Of a stretch of 64,000 nt of DNA, positions 22,007 to 32,571 are shown piece by piece. The notes beneath the pieces are model-generated. The model saw only the letters and a list, made by a program, of their open reading frames with translations. It made no database searches and was not told the origin of the DNA. The position numbers were made by a program, and so were the translations under genes. Source of the DNA: Candidatus Levyibacteriota bacterium (GTDB lineage Bacteria; Patescibacteriota; Microgenomatia; Levybacterales; UBA12049); contig CAWBPM010000004.1 of NCBI GenBank assembly GCA_963790825.1, forward strand, positions 30,987 to 94,986. The letters run 5' to 3'. Position 1 is the stretch's first letter; each line of letters starts with the position of its first letter.

Positions 22007-22711
22007 TTATTCTATCTTGGTACCCACAAACTGTTCGCCTTTGAAGTAATTTTCTAAGTTTATAAAGTCTGACCCTACAACAACGACTTTTACTCCTAAG
22101 TCCTGTGCCCGCTGAGCGGCAATCGGATCAAACGGCGCATTCATGCCGGGAAACCATTTGTCTCCTACCAATTTCCGGTACTCTATCCAGGAAATAGTAT
22201 CTATTGGTTGGGCATCGGGATTAGTTTTAGGATCTTTGTCATAAACCTTACTGATATTACTCATATTAATAATCGTCTGGACATGGTAATCTTCAGATAG
22301 TAACACCGCGCAGTAATCAGTCGACCATCCGGGCTTCCAGCCTGCTGCTACGACTACCGGCTCAGAAACTTTTCTGATAATTTCATAATGCTTAAGAAGA
22401 TACGGATGACAAATATCCTGAAAAATCGTCCTGACGAGCTGGGCGTTAAGTCTGGTTGAGTGAATACCGATCCAGTCCAAGTCATCATTTGTTAATTCAT
22501 GTCCAATGACTTGCTGGGCGGCTTTTTGATAATGACGCGTAGTCGTTCCTCCTCCCACAACTAAAAAAAATTGGCGGTTCGGGTGAGCAGTTAATTGTCT
22601 TCTGATGAAATTATTTAAATTAACCAGAAACTCTGTATCGATACCTGGATGCGGAACAACAAGAGATCCTCCAACTGAGATAATCACCCGATCTGTATAC
22701 TGACTCGCCAT
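22007..22711 (-). CDS. pyrH: UMP kinase (archaeal-type)
   Basis: SVGGS, VVGGG, PGWSTD, YDKDP, PGMNAPFDP. Confidence 0.93.
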   Translation of the reverse strand: MASQYTDRVIISVGGSLVVPHPGIDTEFLVNLNNFIRRQLTAHPNRQFFLVVGGGTTTRHYQKAAQQVIGHELTNDDLDWIGIHSTRLNAQLVRTIFQDICHPYLLKHYEIIRKVSEPVVVAAGWKPGWSTDYCAVLLSEDYHVQTIINMSNISKVYDKDPKTNPDAQPIDTISWIEYRKLVGDKWFPGMNAPFDPIAAQRAQDLGVKVVVVGSDFINLENYFKGEQFVGTKIE

Positions 22712-22764
22712 AATTCACCAATGATAGTAACATAGACTCAAAAGAAAAACAAAGAAGGAGAGAG

Positions 22765-23316
22765 TTAGTATCTTATCGGCGGCTCAGGAAAGTAGAGACT
22801 ATCAGAAGTAATCTCTCGATGATTTCCTTGCCATCTTGTATGCCGCTGACCACCCTCAGCGACTAAATTATGTTCTTCAACAATTGGAATATGAATAGTT
22901 ACAGGTTTTTCTGTTTGTTTCTCAGCTTTGTTTGCTTCTGCTAATGAGGAGAATCCGCCTTCCAAAACATGCACTATTTTTCTAAGAGTATTGTCTACTA
23001 TCCTTGATGCATGACCCGGATTAATTCCCGCAGCGCGCAGATCTACTTGGAGTTGAGGAATAGGCCCTATTTTGTTTATTTTATTGTTATAGGAATAAAG
23101 TTTTGCAACTTCTCCCCAATATATCTCATCCCATTCTTCTCCCCATACGCCAGGATGACTGCTCGCTATTGGTCCTAATATTTCTCCCATCCGTTTTTGA
23201 ACCAATGTTTTTAAGTCTGCTGACATTTTATATCCGGCAATAGTTTCTCCGACAATCCCTTGCACTTTACCAATTGCCGCTTGTTCCTCTGGGCTTCTTC
23301 TTTCAATTTCTGTCAT
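22765..23316 (-). CDS. Hypothetical protein
   Basis: 183-aa ORF between mutM and pyrH. Confidence 0.6.
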   Translation of the reverse strand: MTEIERRSPEEQAAIGKVQGIVGETIAGYKMSADLKTLVQKRMGEILGPIASSHPGVWGEEWDEIYWGEVAKLYSYNNKINKIGPIPQLQVDLRAAGINPGHASRIVDNTLRKIVHVLEGGFSSLAEANKAEKQTEKPVTIHIPIVEEHNLVAEGGQRHTRWQGNHREITSDSLYFPEPPIRY

Positions 23317-23339
23317 TTTTTTATATTATACAATATTTT

Positions 23340-24185
23340 TTATTTTTGACAATTTGGACAATAAAATGTCCCTCGTCCACCGAGAGTTATCTTCTCAATT
23401 ATAGCTCCGCACCGTTTGCATGGCATCCCTTTCTGTCCGTATACCAGAAAATGATGCTGATATCCGCCTTCTTCTCCTAGTGCATTTACGAAATTTACTT
23501 CGCTTGCGCCGCCTAAAGATAAACTTTTCTTAAGTACGAATTCTATTGCTGCAAACAGCTTCTTTGTCTCCTCGTCTGATAAGGAATCTGCTTTCCGCCC
23601 GGGATCAATTTTTGCTTCCCAAAGCGCATCATTGGCATAAATATTGCCGATGCCACCGATTTTCTTCTGATCCATAAGCAAAGGCTTAATCGGTCCTTTT
23701 GCCGCTTGAACAATTGCCGTAAATTTCCCAAGGGTTAAATCTTTCAAGGGTTCAGGACCCAGCTCTTTGAAAAATGGTAGCTCCTTGCTTTCCTCTAATT
23801 TTACTATCTTTATCCAGCCAAATTGCCGGATATCGTTATAGTATAAGTGGGCTTGTTTATCGAGTGTAAATATAACATGCGTCCAGTTATTTGGAACCTG
23901 TCCGCCTAGTTTTAGCGAAGGATGAAAATTTTTTGTAATATCGTTACCCCGGTAAATCAGTTGCCCAGTCATTTTAATATGGATTGCAATAACGTAGCCA
24001 TTACTTAGCTCAATCACAAGTCCCTTGCCGAAGCGCTTGATGTCAGTAATCCGAGCACCAATTATTTTTTGCGGATCTCCTTGGACTATTTTTCTGAGCC
24101 GCACCTCAACCTTCTCAATCGTATGACCGACAAGGTATTTCTGTAAACCAAGTTTTATTGTCTCCACCTCAGGTAATTCAGGCAT
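23340..24185 (-). CDS. mutM: Formamidopyrimidine-DNA glycosylase
   Basis: MPELPEVE, GIGNIYA and a C-terminal CxxC...CPNCQ zinc finger. Confidence 0.97.
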   Translation of the reverse strand: MPELPEVETIKLGLQKYLVGHTIEKVEVRLRKIVQGDPQKIIGARITDIKRFGKGLVIELSNGYVIAIHIKMTGQLIYRGNDITKNFHPSLKLGGQVPNNWTHVIFTLDKQAHLYYNDIRQFGWIKIVKLEESKELPFFKELGPEPLKDLTLGKFTAIVQAAKGPIKPLLMDQKKIGGIGNIYANDALWEAKIDPGRKADSLSDEETKKLFAAIEFVLKKSLSLGGASEVNFVNALGEEGGYQHHFLVYGQKGMPCKRCGAIIEKITLGGRGTFYCPNCQK

Positions 24186-24194
24186 ATGCTATTA

Positions 24195-25169
24195 CTATTT
24201 TCCAGCTAATTTTGCCAATTCTTGTAAACTACCGGCAAAATTCCGATCCATTTTTATTGTATCTATTGGCAGTTTTGCTCTTTCAACATCTTTACTCGTT
24301 GCTTCACCTGGACCGATATCGATCAAATGTTTTCCTCCGGCAGTCATAAAAAGCTGTATTATTTTGTCGATTTCTACCGGTGTAGTTAAAGCCTTAGCCA
24401 AATTATACTGCACTCTTCTACCCTTTTTCACTACGCTGTTAACTGCATCCATAATAAGATTTATTTGAGGATTTTCAAAAGAATATCCTTGCAGCAGCTT
24501 CTCGTATTCTCTTGCACCTATTCTCATCAAGGGTGAATGCGAAGCATTTTGAATGCTTAACTTTCTGAAAAGCTTTGCGCCTGCTTCTCTGGCATCAATA
24601 ATTGCAGCTTCGATACCACTAATTCGCCCGCTAATTGTCGCCTTATTTTCTACTATATAAGTATTGGAGACAACTACTTCTCGAGCTTTAGCTATACCAT
24701 CAATAGCCTGCCTAGACAAACCCACAATTACCGCCATTGCACCAGGGTTCTTTCTGGCTTGCACATTCATAACATGCTCCCTATCTATAGTCATATTGAT
24801 CGCTTCAGGCGTACTAATAACTCCTGCTATTCTTGCAGCGACATTTTCTCCCAGACTATTTGCTCCTGTCCATTCGGGTAACACTTGCGGGCCTAATTGT
24901 TCATTTATAGCAGCTACTGTTGCTAAACCAGCAGTAACAATAAGAACTTGCGCATGTCGCTTTTGTTCCTCAGAGGTTCCTTCTGCGGAAAGTCTACTTA
25001 CGAAATTCCTCTTTCCTGTCCGCCGGGCAACTATAGTATCTGCGAGGTTATAAACTGACCTTGCTGCCCGTGATAATTTTTTTTGAGCATCACCCATTCC
25101 GGGATATTGACTATCCTGGCCTGGCGCAAAAAACATTGTTTGCGGTATAACTTCAATCCTTCTAGTCAT
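24195..25169 (-). CDS. FabD-like (malonyl-CoA:ACP transacylase family) acyltransferase, divergent
   Basis: APGQDSQYPGMG, GANSLGE (for GHSLGE), GAMAVI, ASHSPLM, DIGPG. Confidence 0.8.
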   Translation of the reverse strand: MTRRIEVIPQTMFFAPGQDSQYPGMGDAQKKLSRAARSVYNLADTIVARRTGKRNFVSRLSAEGTSEEQKRHAQVLIVTAGLATVAAINEQLGPQVLPEWTGANSLGENVAARIAGVISTPEAINMTIDREHVMNVQARKNPGAMAVIVGLSRQAIDGIAKAREVVVSNTYIVENKATISGRISGIEAAIIDAREAGAKLFRKLSIQNASHSPLMRIGAREYEKLLQGYSFENPQINLIMDAVNSVVKKGRRVQYNLAKALTTPVEIDKIIQLFMTAGGKHLIDIGPGEATSKDVERAKLPIDTIKMDRNFAGSLQELAKLAGK

Positions 25170-26253
25170 ATTTCTCTACTACTTCCTTTATCCCTTCCAT
25201 AAAACGCTCTTTGCTGAATTTTTCTGCCTGGTTCTGACAATCTTTAGCGCTGAATTTCATTTTCTCAAACCGTTTAATTGCCTTTTTCAGACTCTCGACG
25301 GTAAGTTCATTATAAAATAATCCTGTTTTATTTTCTAGAATTGTTTCCTTAACTCCACCTGAACGATAGGCAATCACTGGCGTTCCAACGCTCATACTCT
25401 CAACCGGTATGATACCGAAATCTTCATCTTCCGAAGCAAACAATAATGCTTTTGCCCCTCTATATAAATCCAATTTTTCTTCATCTGTCACTTCGCCAAG
25501 AAATTTAACCTTAGAACCTGCCATTTTTTGCAATTCTTTTCCATGTCCTGCAAATGATTTACCGAATATCTTAAGAGGCACTCCCAGCTCACTACATGCC
25601 GTTACAATCACATCAATATGCTTTGCCCGCGCCAATCTCCCCCCAGCCAAATAATAATTCTTTTTCTTTTTTAATTCTGAATTGATATCTACCGGCGGGT
25701 AAACTACAATTGCGTCTTTGCGATAGAATTTCCAAATTCGTCTTCTTACCTCTTCAGAATTTGCGATATACTGATCAACATTTTTTGAAGCATTAAAATC
25801 TTCTATTCTTAAAAAGTGATTTGCGATTTGTGCCAATCCATTAATAACGATGTTTTTCTTCCACTCCCTCGCTGTTGCATAACCGTATAGATAGCGCGGC
25901 GGCGTATGACAATAGCACAGGAGTTTTGCGGATTTTTTATCAAGTTCGTTTGGGATATATGCACCTGTGGCAGATGAGATTATCACGTCAAACTCAGAAA
26001 AATCAAAACTTCTGAACACTTTTTTTGAAAGTAATCGAAAGGGACTTATTAACTTAGCTTTTAAAGGTAATCTTTGTAAAAATGAGGTTCTGATATCCCA
26101 CTCTGCAAAGCGTTCCTTGTGGGGTCCTAAAAACTGCGGTAAGTAGACCGCAGTAAATATCGGCGCATCAGGATACAACTCGTGCAAAACTTCTAGTACT
26201 CTCTCAGCCCCACCATATTCCTTAATATAATCATGAACTAAAGCAACCTTCAT
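25162..26253 (-). CDS. GT4 glycosyltransferase (WbaZ-like)
   Basis: VALVHD..GGAERV, YCHTPPRY, EDFGIIPVE. Confidence 0.93.
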   Translation of the reverse strand: MKVALVHDYIKEYGGAERVLEVLHELYPDAPIFTAVYLPQFLGPHKERFAEWDIRTSFLQRLPLKAKLISPFRLLSKKVFRSFDFSEFDVIISSATGAYIPNELDKKSAKLLCYCHTPPRYLYGYATAREWKKNIVINGLAQIANHFLRIEDFNASKNVDQYIANSEEVRRRIWKFYRKDAIVVYPPVDINSELKKKKNYYLAGGRLARAKHIDVIVTACSELGVPLKIFGKSFAGHGKELQKMAGSKVKFLGEVTDEEKLDLYRGAKALLFASEDEDFGIIPVESMSVGTPVIAYRSGGVKETILENKTGLFYNELTVESLKKAIKRFEKMKFSAKDCQNQAEKFSKERFMEGIKEVVEKYD

Positions 26254-26328
26254 TAAACTGTATTATACACCAGAACAATCTTCAATTCTTTACTACAGAT
26301 AGATTTATTGATAATATTAGATTGCAAG

Positions 26329-26664
26329 ATGAAAAAAACTAGTTTTATCAATGTTTTTCGGCTTCTTTCGATAGCAATAATAATTTTTTATCTTATTATT
26401 TTGGGGTTAGAAATTGTAAATCCAACTGATGTCTGTAATTTTTTGGGAAGCCAAGTTTCCTTCTGGGGACAGATAAAACTAGAGTTATCAAGAGTCACTG
26501 GAGTATTTGCTGATTGTGCAATAGTAGGATTAATTTATCTCGGTATTTCGAATAGGAGGAAAATAAATTCCTTACAGATAGTTATTGGAATTATTCTTGT
26601 CCTTGCAATCTTATATGGTTTTCTTATAGACATCTTTCTTCCTAGTTCAGGCTGTGGATGGTAA
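26329..26664 (+). CDS. Hypothetical membrane protein
   Basis: AT-rich ORF with three hydrophobic segments. Confidence 0.5.
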   Translation: MKKTSFINVFRLLSIAIIIFYLIILGLEIVNPTDVCNFLGSQVSFWGQIKLELSRVTGVFADCAIVGLIYLGISNRRKINSLQIVIGIILVLAILYGFLIDIFLPSSGCGW

Positions 26665-26684
26665 AGTATTACAATTCAATAAGC

Positions 26685-27665
26685 TTACAGCAGGCTCATT
26701 TGGTCTTTAGAAACTTTTTCTTTTTTCTCCTGCCCCGCAGAGTTCCGCCTTGCGGAACGGCGTAGTGTCTCCTTTCGTTCTGCTAAATCGGGAAAAACTG
26801 TGATCAAGCGCTTTATCAAACTTTTAAAACCCAACTCTGCAAAAGCTTTTTCCAATCCCTCCAGGTCAAACTCCGTTGCTGCACATTTTTTAATATCAAA
26901 TTGCAATGGTACATCGCGAACAATTGTCGCCAGTTTTTTAGCAAGAGCTGCCTGCTCGGCATCCGTTGCCAATTGTAATCCTTGCTTTTCCGGCAGATCA
27001 CTTAGGTGATGATACAGATTTTCAAACGTTTGGAATTTTTGCAGTAGGTTTGTTGCGGTTTTCGGCCCAATTCCCGAAACTCCCGGGTAACCGTCCGACG
27101 GATCGCCGATGAGCGCCTTGTAATCAATAAACTGCGTCGGTGTTACGCCGTATTTTTCCTTCACTGCCTTTGCGTCGTACAGAACGGTTTTACTAATACC
27201 GGTTACAAGCATTAGGACTTTTGTATGTTCATCTACCAATTGCAGTAAATCCCTATCTCCCGTCACTACAATCGTTTCCAAATTCTTAATTCTTAATTCT
27301 GAACTCTGAACTCTCTTAGCTATCGTCCCAATAACATCATCCGCTTCATAACCGTCAACAAAAAGCGGCTGCATACTGGTTTTTTCGAGTACTTCATCTA
27401 CTCTCTTAATCTGCATTGTAAAATCATCGGGAAGTTGTGGACGGTTGGCATGGTAGCCGGCGTACATACTCTGCCTGATTGTCGGTTTTGAACGGTCAAA
27501 GCAAACCAGCAAATAATCCGGCTTTTGCTCCGTTAAAAGACTCAGGATCATAGAGAAAAATCCGTAAACTGCATTCACTACTTCTCCTTTCGGATCAGTC
27601 AAAGGCGGTAAAGCATGATATGCCCGATGTAAAATCGCATTTCCATCAATAATTACCAGTTTCAT
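26685..27665 (-). CDS. Stand-alone 5'-3' exonuclease (PolA N-terminal domain)
   Basis: IDGNAILHRAYHA, YEADDVIGT, TGDRDLLQL, GDPSD..PGVSGIGPKTA. No polymerase domain. Confidence 0.93.
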   Translation of the reverse strand: MKLVIIDGNAILHRAYHALPPLTDPKGEVVNAVYGFFSMILSLLTEQKPDYLLVCFDRSKPTIRQSMYAGYHANRPQLPDDFTMQIKRVDEVLEKTSMQPLFVDGYEADDVIGTIAKRVQSSELRIKNLETIVVTGDRDLLQLVDEHTKVLMLVTGISKTVLYDAKAVKEKYGVTPTQFIDYKALIGDPSDGYPGVSGIGPKTATNLLQKFQTFENLYHHLSDLPEKQGLQLATDAEQAALAKKLATIVRDVPLQFDIKKCAATEFDLEGLEKAFAELGFKSLIKRLITVFPDLAERKETLRRSARRNSAGQEKKEKVSKDQMSLL

Positions 27666-27716
27666 AAATTTTATTATAGCAAAAGGAAAGAAGGAAGGGG
27701 TCTAGGTTTTCCCCAT

Positions 27717-29609
27717 TCAGGTGGCGGCAAGTGATAGCTTTACTCTTTTGTCATTAACCGGGATTGCTTTTTTAATTCCGACAAGCTTTTCAAAGTCATC
27801 TGCATCCAATGTTTCCTTCTTGAGTAGCTCCTCTGCTAAAATATTTAATTTGTTTCGAAGTCTGGCAATAATCTCACAGGCATTTTTATAACACGAATCG
27901 GTAATGCGTTTTACCTCGGCATCAATCTGAGACGCCATCTTATCTGAGAGCTCGTTCGTCTCATAGAAATTTTTCCGTTCGCTATCAAGGTTGATTGGGC
28001 CAAGTTCGCTCATGCCAAATTTTACCACCATTGCCCGTGCTACTTCGGTGGCTTTTTCAATATCATTACTCGCCCCCGTTGTAATATCATCAAATACAAT
28101 CGCCTCAGCAGCTCTTCCTCCCATCAAAACGGCAATCTGTTCCAGAAGTCGCATCTTAGTTTCATGAACCCTTTCAACCGGTTCTTGCATTGTATGCCCG
28201 AGTGTCATGCCACGGGAAACAATTGAAATTTTAAATACAGGGTCAACATGCGGCATCTCCCAAGCAACTAGCGCATGACCAGCCTCATGATAGGCAGTCA
28301 TCCGTTTATCCTGTTCTGATTGCAAACGTTTCTTCTCAGGACCAAGCTTTACTTTCGTTGCCGCTTCTTCAAGATCCGGCATACTAATTGCTTTCTTCTC
28401 CTGTCTGGCTGCCAGAATTGCAGCTTCATTAAGCATGTTTTCCAGATCTGCCCCCGAAAAACCGACTGTTCTTTTAGCTACTTTTTCCCAATTAACATCT
28501 TTTTCAAACGGTTTCCCTTTTGCATGAATTGCCAAAATCGCTTTTCTTCCCTCCACGTCAGGAAAATCCAGAACTACTTGTCTATCAAACCGTCCGGGAC
28601 GAATTAAGGCCGGATCCAATACATCCGGTCTATTTGTTGCCGCAATTACTACAATCTGTTCATTTTGGGTAAAGCCGTCCATTTCAACCAGAATTTGATT
28701 CAAGGTCTGCTCTCTTTCGTCGTGTCCACCCATAATGCCAACACCCCGCTGTCTCCCAATAGCATCAATTTCATCAATAAAAATAATTGCCGGCTGGGTT
28801 TTTTTCGCGGTATTAAAAAGATCGCGAACCCGACTCGCGCCTACCCCAACCAGCATCTCCATAAATTCAGATCCTGCCATTGAGAAAAATGCCACATTTG
28901 CTTCTCCGGCAGTTGCCCGAGCCAAAAGCGTTTTTCCAGTACCCGCGGGTCCGACCATTAGAACGCCCTTGGGCGTCCTGGCGCCAATTGCCTTATATTT
29001 CCCCGGGTTTTTTAAAAAATCAACGACTTCTGTCAATTCCCGCTTTGCCTCATCCACTCCGGCAACATCTGCAAACGTGGTATGAGGACTATCTTTATTA
29101 AATAACTTTGCGCTCGATTTACCGAAAGAAAAAATATTTTCCTGAGTTCCTCTCGCCTGGCGGAAAATAAAGTAGAAAAATGCAATCATCAGAACAACCG
29201 GCAGTACGGTACCTGCGATATTGAGCCAATTACTGAGACTTGAATCATCCGGGGTACTTACTTTGACCTTATCGGGATTAAGCGGTACACCGGCATTCTT
29301 GAAGAGTGTATATATATCAGTAGTCGACTCTTTTGCAGCCTCAATAACTTTACCGTTTTTCTCTGTCGCAGTTACCTTCTCCCCGTTAACCGTAATAGTA
29401 TTGACGTTTTCGTGCTTCACTGCCGAGATAATTTCCGAAATACTTACCTGTGTTCCCGGTTCACTGGGACTACTGATTGCTGCGAAAACAAACAGCGAGA
29501 AAATAAGCAAAAAAGCGTATAAAAGAAGGTTTTTCCAGGATGTTTTTACTCTGAGTTTAACAATCTTCTTGCGAGGTGACGTAGTAGATTTTCTTCCATT
29601 TCCTGCCAT
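27717..29609 (-). CDS. ftsH: ATP-dependent zinc metalloprotease FtsH
   Basis: Two TMs, [22 protein letters not shown]. Confidence 0.98.
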   Translation of the reverse strand: MAGNGRKSTTSPRKKIVKLRVKTSWKNLLLYAFLLIFSLFVFAAISSPSEPGTQVSISEIISAVKHENVNTITVNGEKVTATEKNGKVIEAAKESTTDIYTLFKNAGVPLNPDKVKVSTPDDSSLSNWLNIAGTVLPVVLMIAFFYFIFRQARGTQENIFSFGKSSAKLFNKDSPHTTFADVAGVDEAKRELTEVVDFLKNPGKYKAIGARTPKGVLMVGPAGTGKTLLARATAGEANVAFFSMAGSEFMEMLVGVGASRVRDLFNTAKKTQPAIIFIDEIDAIGRQRGVGIMGGHDEREQTLNQILVEMDGFTQNEQIVVIAATNRPDVLDPALIRPGRFDRQVVLDFPDVEGRKAILAIHAKGKPFEKDVNWEKVAKRTVGFSGADLENMLNEAAILAARQEKKAISMPDLEEAATKVKLGPEKKRLQSEQDKRMTAYHEAGHALVAWEMPHVDPVFKISIVSRGMTLGHTMQEPVERVHETKMRLLEQIAVLMGGRAAEAIVFDDITTGASNDIEKATEVARAMVVKFGMSELGPINLDSERKNFYETNELSDKMASQIDAEVKRITDSCYKNACEIIARLRNKLNILAEELLKKETLDADDFEKLVGIKKAIPVNDKRVKLSLAAT

Positions 29610-29790
29610 AATTGTGCCTAGTATAACATATCACCCGTGCCTTTACCAGTCCTTTGTCTCGTTTAGTTTAAAGCGTAGGAATATTGCCATGGACGCGAAG
29701 TAACCCGTTCCATATTAGAGGGAGAAGCTTGCATTAAAGAATTAAATCAACGATTCAAAATTATGGATTATAAATTTTGAATTCTAAATT

Positions 29791-30771
29791 CTATGCGAGT
29801 CCCATTTTTTCTCTGACTTCGGTAATTGTTCTACCTGCTATCTGTCGACACCTCTCTGCACCATCTAGTATAATCTCATCGACTAACTTCGGATTTTCTT
29901 CAAATTCTTTTCTTTTCTCCTGCATAGGACGTACCTCCTGATAAATTGCTTCAGACAAGATTTGTTTCATCTCGCTATAACGAATCTTTTTTTCTTTATA
30001 ATCCAAAACGTACTTGTGATGCATATCTTTCCCGCCGAATAGATAGGTTAAAGTAAATAAATTCGCGACACCGCCGGTTTGCGGAATTTGCCCGCCTATT
30101 GTTCCGCTGTCAGTTGGTATTTTTGCCAAGCGTTTCCGAATCGTTTCCAGATCATCATCGAGATTAATATAGCTTCCCTCAACCGTTTTACTCATTTTCC
30201 CCTCCCCGGTTAATGACGGCACATAATCGCCCGCAGTTTTATAACGCTGTGTTTCTGGAAAGGTTTGGCTAAACATACCATTAAACTTCCTGGCAATTTC
30301 ACGGGTAACTTCAATATGCGGCTCCTGGTCTACTCCCGCTGGCACCAATTCTGCTTTGTAAAGCAAAATGTCTGCCGCCATGAGAACCGGATAAAAGAGC
30401 AAGCCCATATTGATATATTTTGGGTACTGTACTTTTTTATCTTTATAAGTCGGTAAGTCTTCCAACCGAGAAACCGGATAAATAGTTGAGAGTAAATAAG
30501 CCAACTCCGTATGCTGAGGAATAGTGGATTGGATCTCCAAGGAACATTTCTTAGGATCCAAACCCGCTGCCAAGTAATCCAATACCACATCCCGCACATT
30601 CTGTTTTAAAGTTTTTGGGTCATATGGTGTAGTTATGGCATGCAGATCAACTACGGAAAAAACACAGTCATATGTGTCCTGCAGTGTCAACATGCCCTTG
30701 ACTGCACCGAAATAATTGCCTAAATGCAGCCTCCCTGTGGCTCTGATCCCCGCATAAACCCGAGTTTTCAT
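29791..30771 (-). CDS. trpS: Tryptophanyl-tRNA synthetase
   Basis: HLGNY, DLHAIT, YPVLMAADIL, GVDQ, KMSK. Confidence 0.97.
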   Translation of the reverse strand: MKTRVYAGIRATGRLHLGNYFGAVKGMLTLQDTYDCVFSVVDLHAITTPYDPKTLKQNVRDVVLDYLAAGLDPKKCSLEIQSTIPQHTELAYLLSTIYPVSRLEDLPTYKDKKVQYPKYINMGLLFYPVLMAADILLYKAELVPAGVDQEPHIEVTREIARKFNGMFSQTFPETQRYKTAGDYVPSLTGEGKMSKTVEGSYINLDDDLETIRKRLAKIPTDSGTIGGQIPQTGGVANLFTLTYLFGGKDMHHKYVLDYKEKKIRYSEMKQILSEAIYQEVRPMQEKRKEFEENPKLVDEIILDGAERCRQIAGRTITEVREKMGLA

Positions 30772-30779
30772 AAGTTGTA

Positions 30780-31367
30780 TTATATACCAAAATTAAATCC
30801 ATGTCCGAACTGAAATGTCTTTTTAGTCACATCAAAATTTTCTTGAAGAATCGTCGGACGACTAAACAAGTCACTGTGCTGCACATAAACCTGAACCAAT
30901 TTCATAAAAAAACTGTGGGATATAAAAAGGTAGTTACCATCCTTAAGTGAAGTAATGATCTCATAAACTTGTTCTATCCGCTGCTTTAGAGAAGACCGAC
31001 TTTCTCGCAGCTTATCTTTGATAAACGCTTCCACAAATCTTTTTCTTACCAAGTTGCTTCCGAAAGTATTAAACTCGTCACAGGAAAGTAAGTCTCGTAA
31101 GTTAAAGCTAATTTCATCTAATAAATTAGTTTTAGTGATTACGGATTTCGTATCCTTTTGCGAAATTGCACTTGCTGTTTCATAGGCTCTTTGAGCCATA
31201 GAGCAATATATTAGACTAGTAAGAGAGGGTAACTCCAATAAAATACAGGAGCTAATTCCAACCGATGATTGCTGAAGCATAAGCTTGGTATAACCAATAT
31301 AGCGTGAGTATCTGCCGTTTTGAGTTGGATCATAGGGAAACGTTTTTCGAAACTGTATTCTTTTCAT
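30780..31367 (-). CDS. Divergent histidine-phosphatase (PGM)-fold protein lacking RHG
   Basis: IYCS..RAYETA, LLDE and LFISHSFF match the fold, but the N-terminal RHG is replaced by FRKT. Confidence 0.6.
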   Translation of the reverse strand: MKRIQFRKTFPYDPTQNGRYSRYIGYTKLMLQQSSVGISSCILLELPSLTSLIYCSMAQRAYETASAISQKDTKSVITKTNLLDEISFNLRDLLSCDEFNTFGSNLVRKRFVEAFIKDKLRESRSSLKQRIEQVYEIITSLKDGNYLFISHSFFMKLVQVYVQHSDLFSRPTILQENFDVTKKTFQFGHGFNFGI

Positions 31368-32218
31368 TAGTAAACCTCTTTTCTCATCTCAAGTATCGGA
31401 ATAGTTGGTTGCGGCTGAACCCCGTCTTCAGGCAGTTTATATTTATTTCTCTGATTAATCATACTGAAGTTTCTGGTCGGATGATTGATAATGATTGGGT
31501 ATCTGCTTGTCTCTCCAGCCAATCTGCCTAATGTTAAATACTGCGCCATTGTTCGGATCGTTCGATCCACGAGAAAACCTGACTGCTCGCAATATGGAAG
31601 ATTCGCAAGTACGTCCTGGTACATTCTTTGGTACATCGGCATTCTTCCGATCACATCGCCTTGAACCCGAAGAGCAAAAGATGAGTTGTTTTCGTAATAT
31701 AAGTTGAGTACATGTTGGTAGGAAGATTGCGTTTGCAAAAATCTACGTCGGGAAAATTCTTGAAAGAAACTGCTTGAGACCACCTTTCCATAGCGCAGTC
31801 TGGGGAATGTCCCGCTAAGAACTGCTTGTGTTTTGCTCATTGAAACATAACACCTTCGTAAAAATTCTTCCTCCGAACCGCCGGTAAATCTACTGCAGAA
31901 AACATCATCTGTTGCTTCTACATCAGCTATCATTATTATGTATCGAAATGGTATGCCTGTTTCTTCGAAAATCTTAAAGAGCGTGTCTGCATACTGCAAA
32001 TGGTAACAGGTAAGTAAAGGAACATCTTCTCCCAGCGACTTATGATTATATAATCCGTTAGAGTGCGAATAATCAGGACAACTGCCCACGTAAATTGTTA
32101 AAGGAACTGAATCTGTAGCCTTTGCAAAATAATTCTGTAGATTTCTGGTTTCTGTTTTATTCTTAGGAAGAGCTAATATGTCTATTGCCGCTATTTTATT
32201 GCCTATCGATTCAGGCAA
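31367..32218 (-). CDS. Uncharacterised protein, possible HUP/class-Ic-aaRS-like Rossmann fold
   Basis: Long ORF with IYVGSCPDY, YIIMIADVEA and MAQYLTLG. The start is uncertain. Confidence 0.65.
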   Translation of the reverse strand: MPESIGNKIAAIDILALPKNKTETRNLQNYFAKATDSVPLTIYVGSCPDYSHSNGLYNHKSLGEDVPLLTCYHLQYADTLFKIFEETGIPFRYIIMIADVEATDDVFCSRFTGGSEEEFLRRCYVSMSKTQAVLSGTFPRLRYGKVVSSSFFQEFSRRRFLQTQSSYQHVLNLYYENNSSFALRVQGDVIGRMPMYQRMYQDVLANLPYCEQSGFLVDRTIRTMAQYLTLGRLAGETSRYPIIINHPTRNFSMINQRNKYKLPEDGVQPQPTIPILEMRKEVY

Positions 32219-32316
32219 CTGGTTTCTGTTGTCTCTATCCCCAAACTAACCCCTGAACCCCTAAGGGTTGAGGGGCTTCCTCTCCATAATTTTGCAAAAA
32301 TTCTGCTTTCATATGT

Positions 32317-32571
32317 TTATATATTTGTAAAATATCCTTTCTGTATTTCTTTTGAGCCTCGGGTAACTGTCGCGATGCCGACGCCTAATTTCGAAGCTAT
32401 CTCATGTTGACTGACACCCTGTTTCAACATTTTAACAATGACAAGTCGCATCGGCAATTCCAATAATTCTTTCGGCGTTAGTATCCCTACCAGAAAAGAA
32501 CGCATTTCTTGTTTTGACTTTATCCGTACAAGTGTTTCCGCAAGATCATCTAACTGTTTTTCACGATTCAT
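32317..32571 (-). CDS. trpR: Trp repressor (TrpR/YerC family)
   Basis: ILTPKE...QHEIASKLGVGIATVTRGS HTH. Confidence 0.88.
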   Translation of the reverse strand: MNREKQLDDLAETLVRIKSKQEMRSFLVGILTPKELLELPMRLVIVKMLKQGVSQHEIASKLGVGIATVTRGSKEIQKGYFTNI

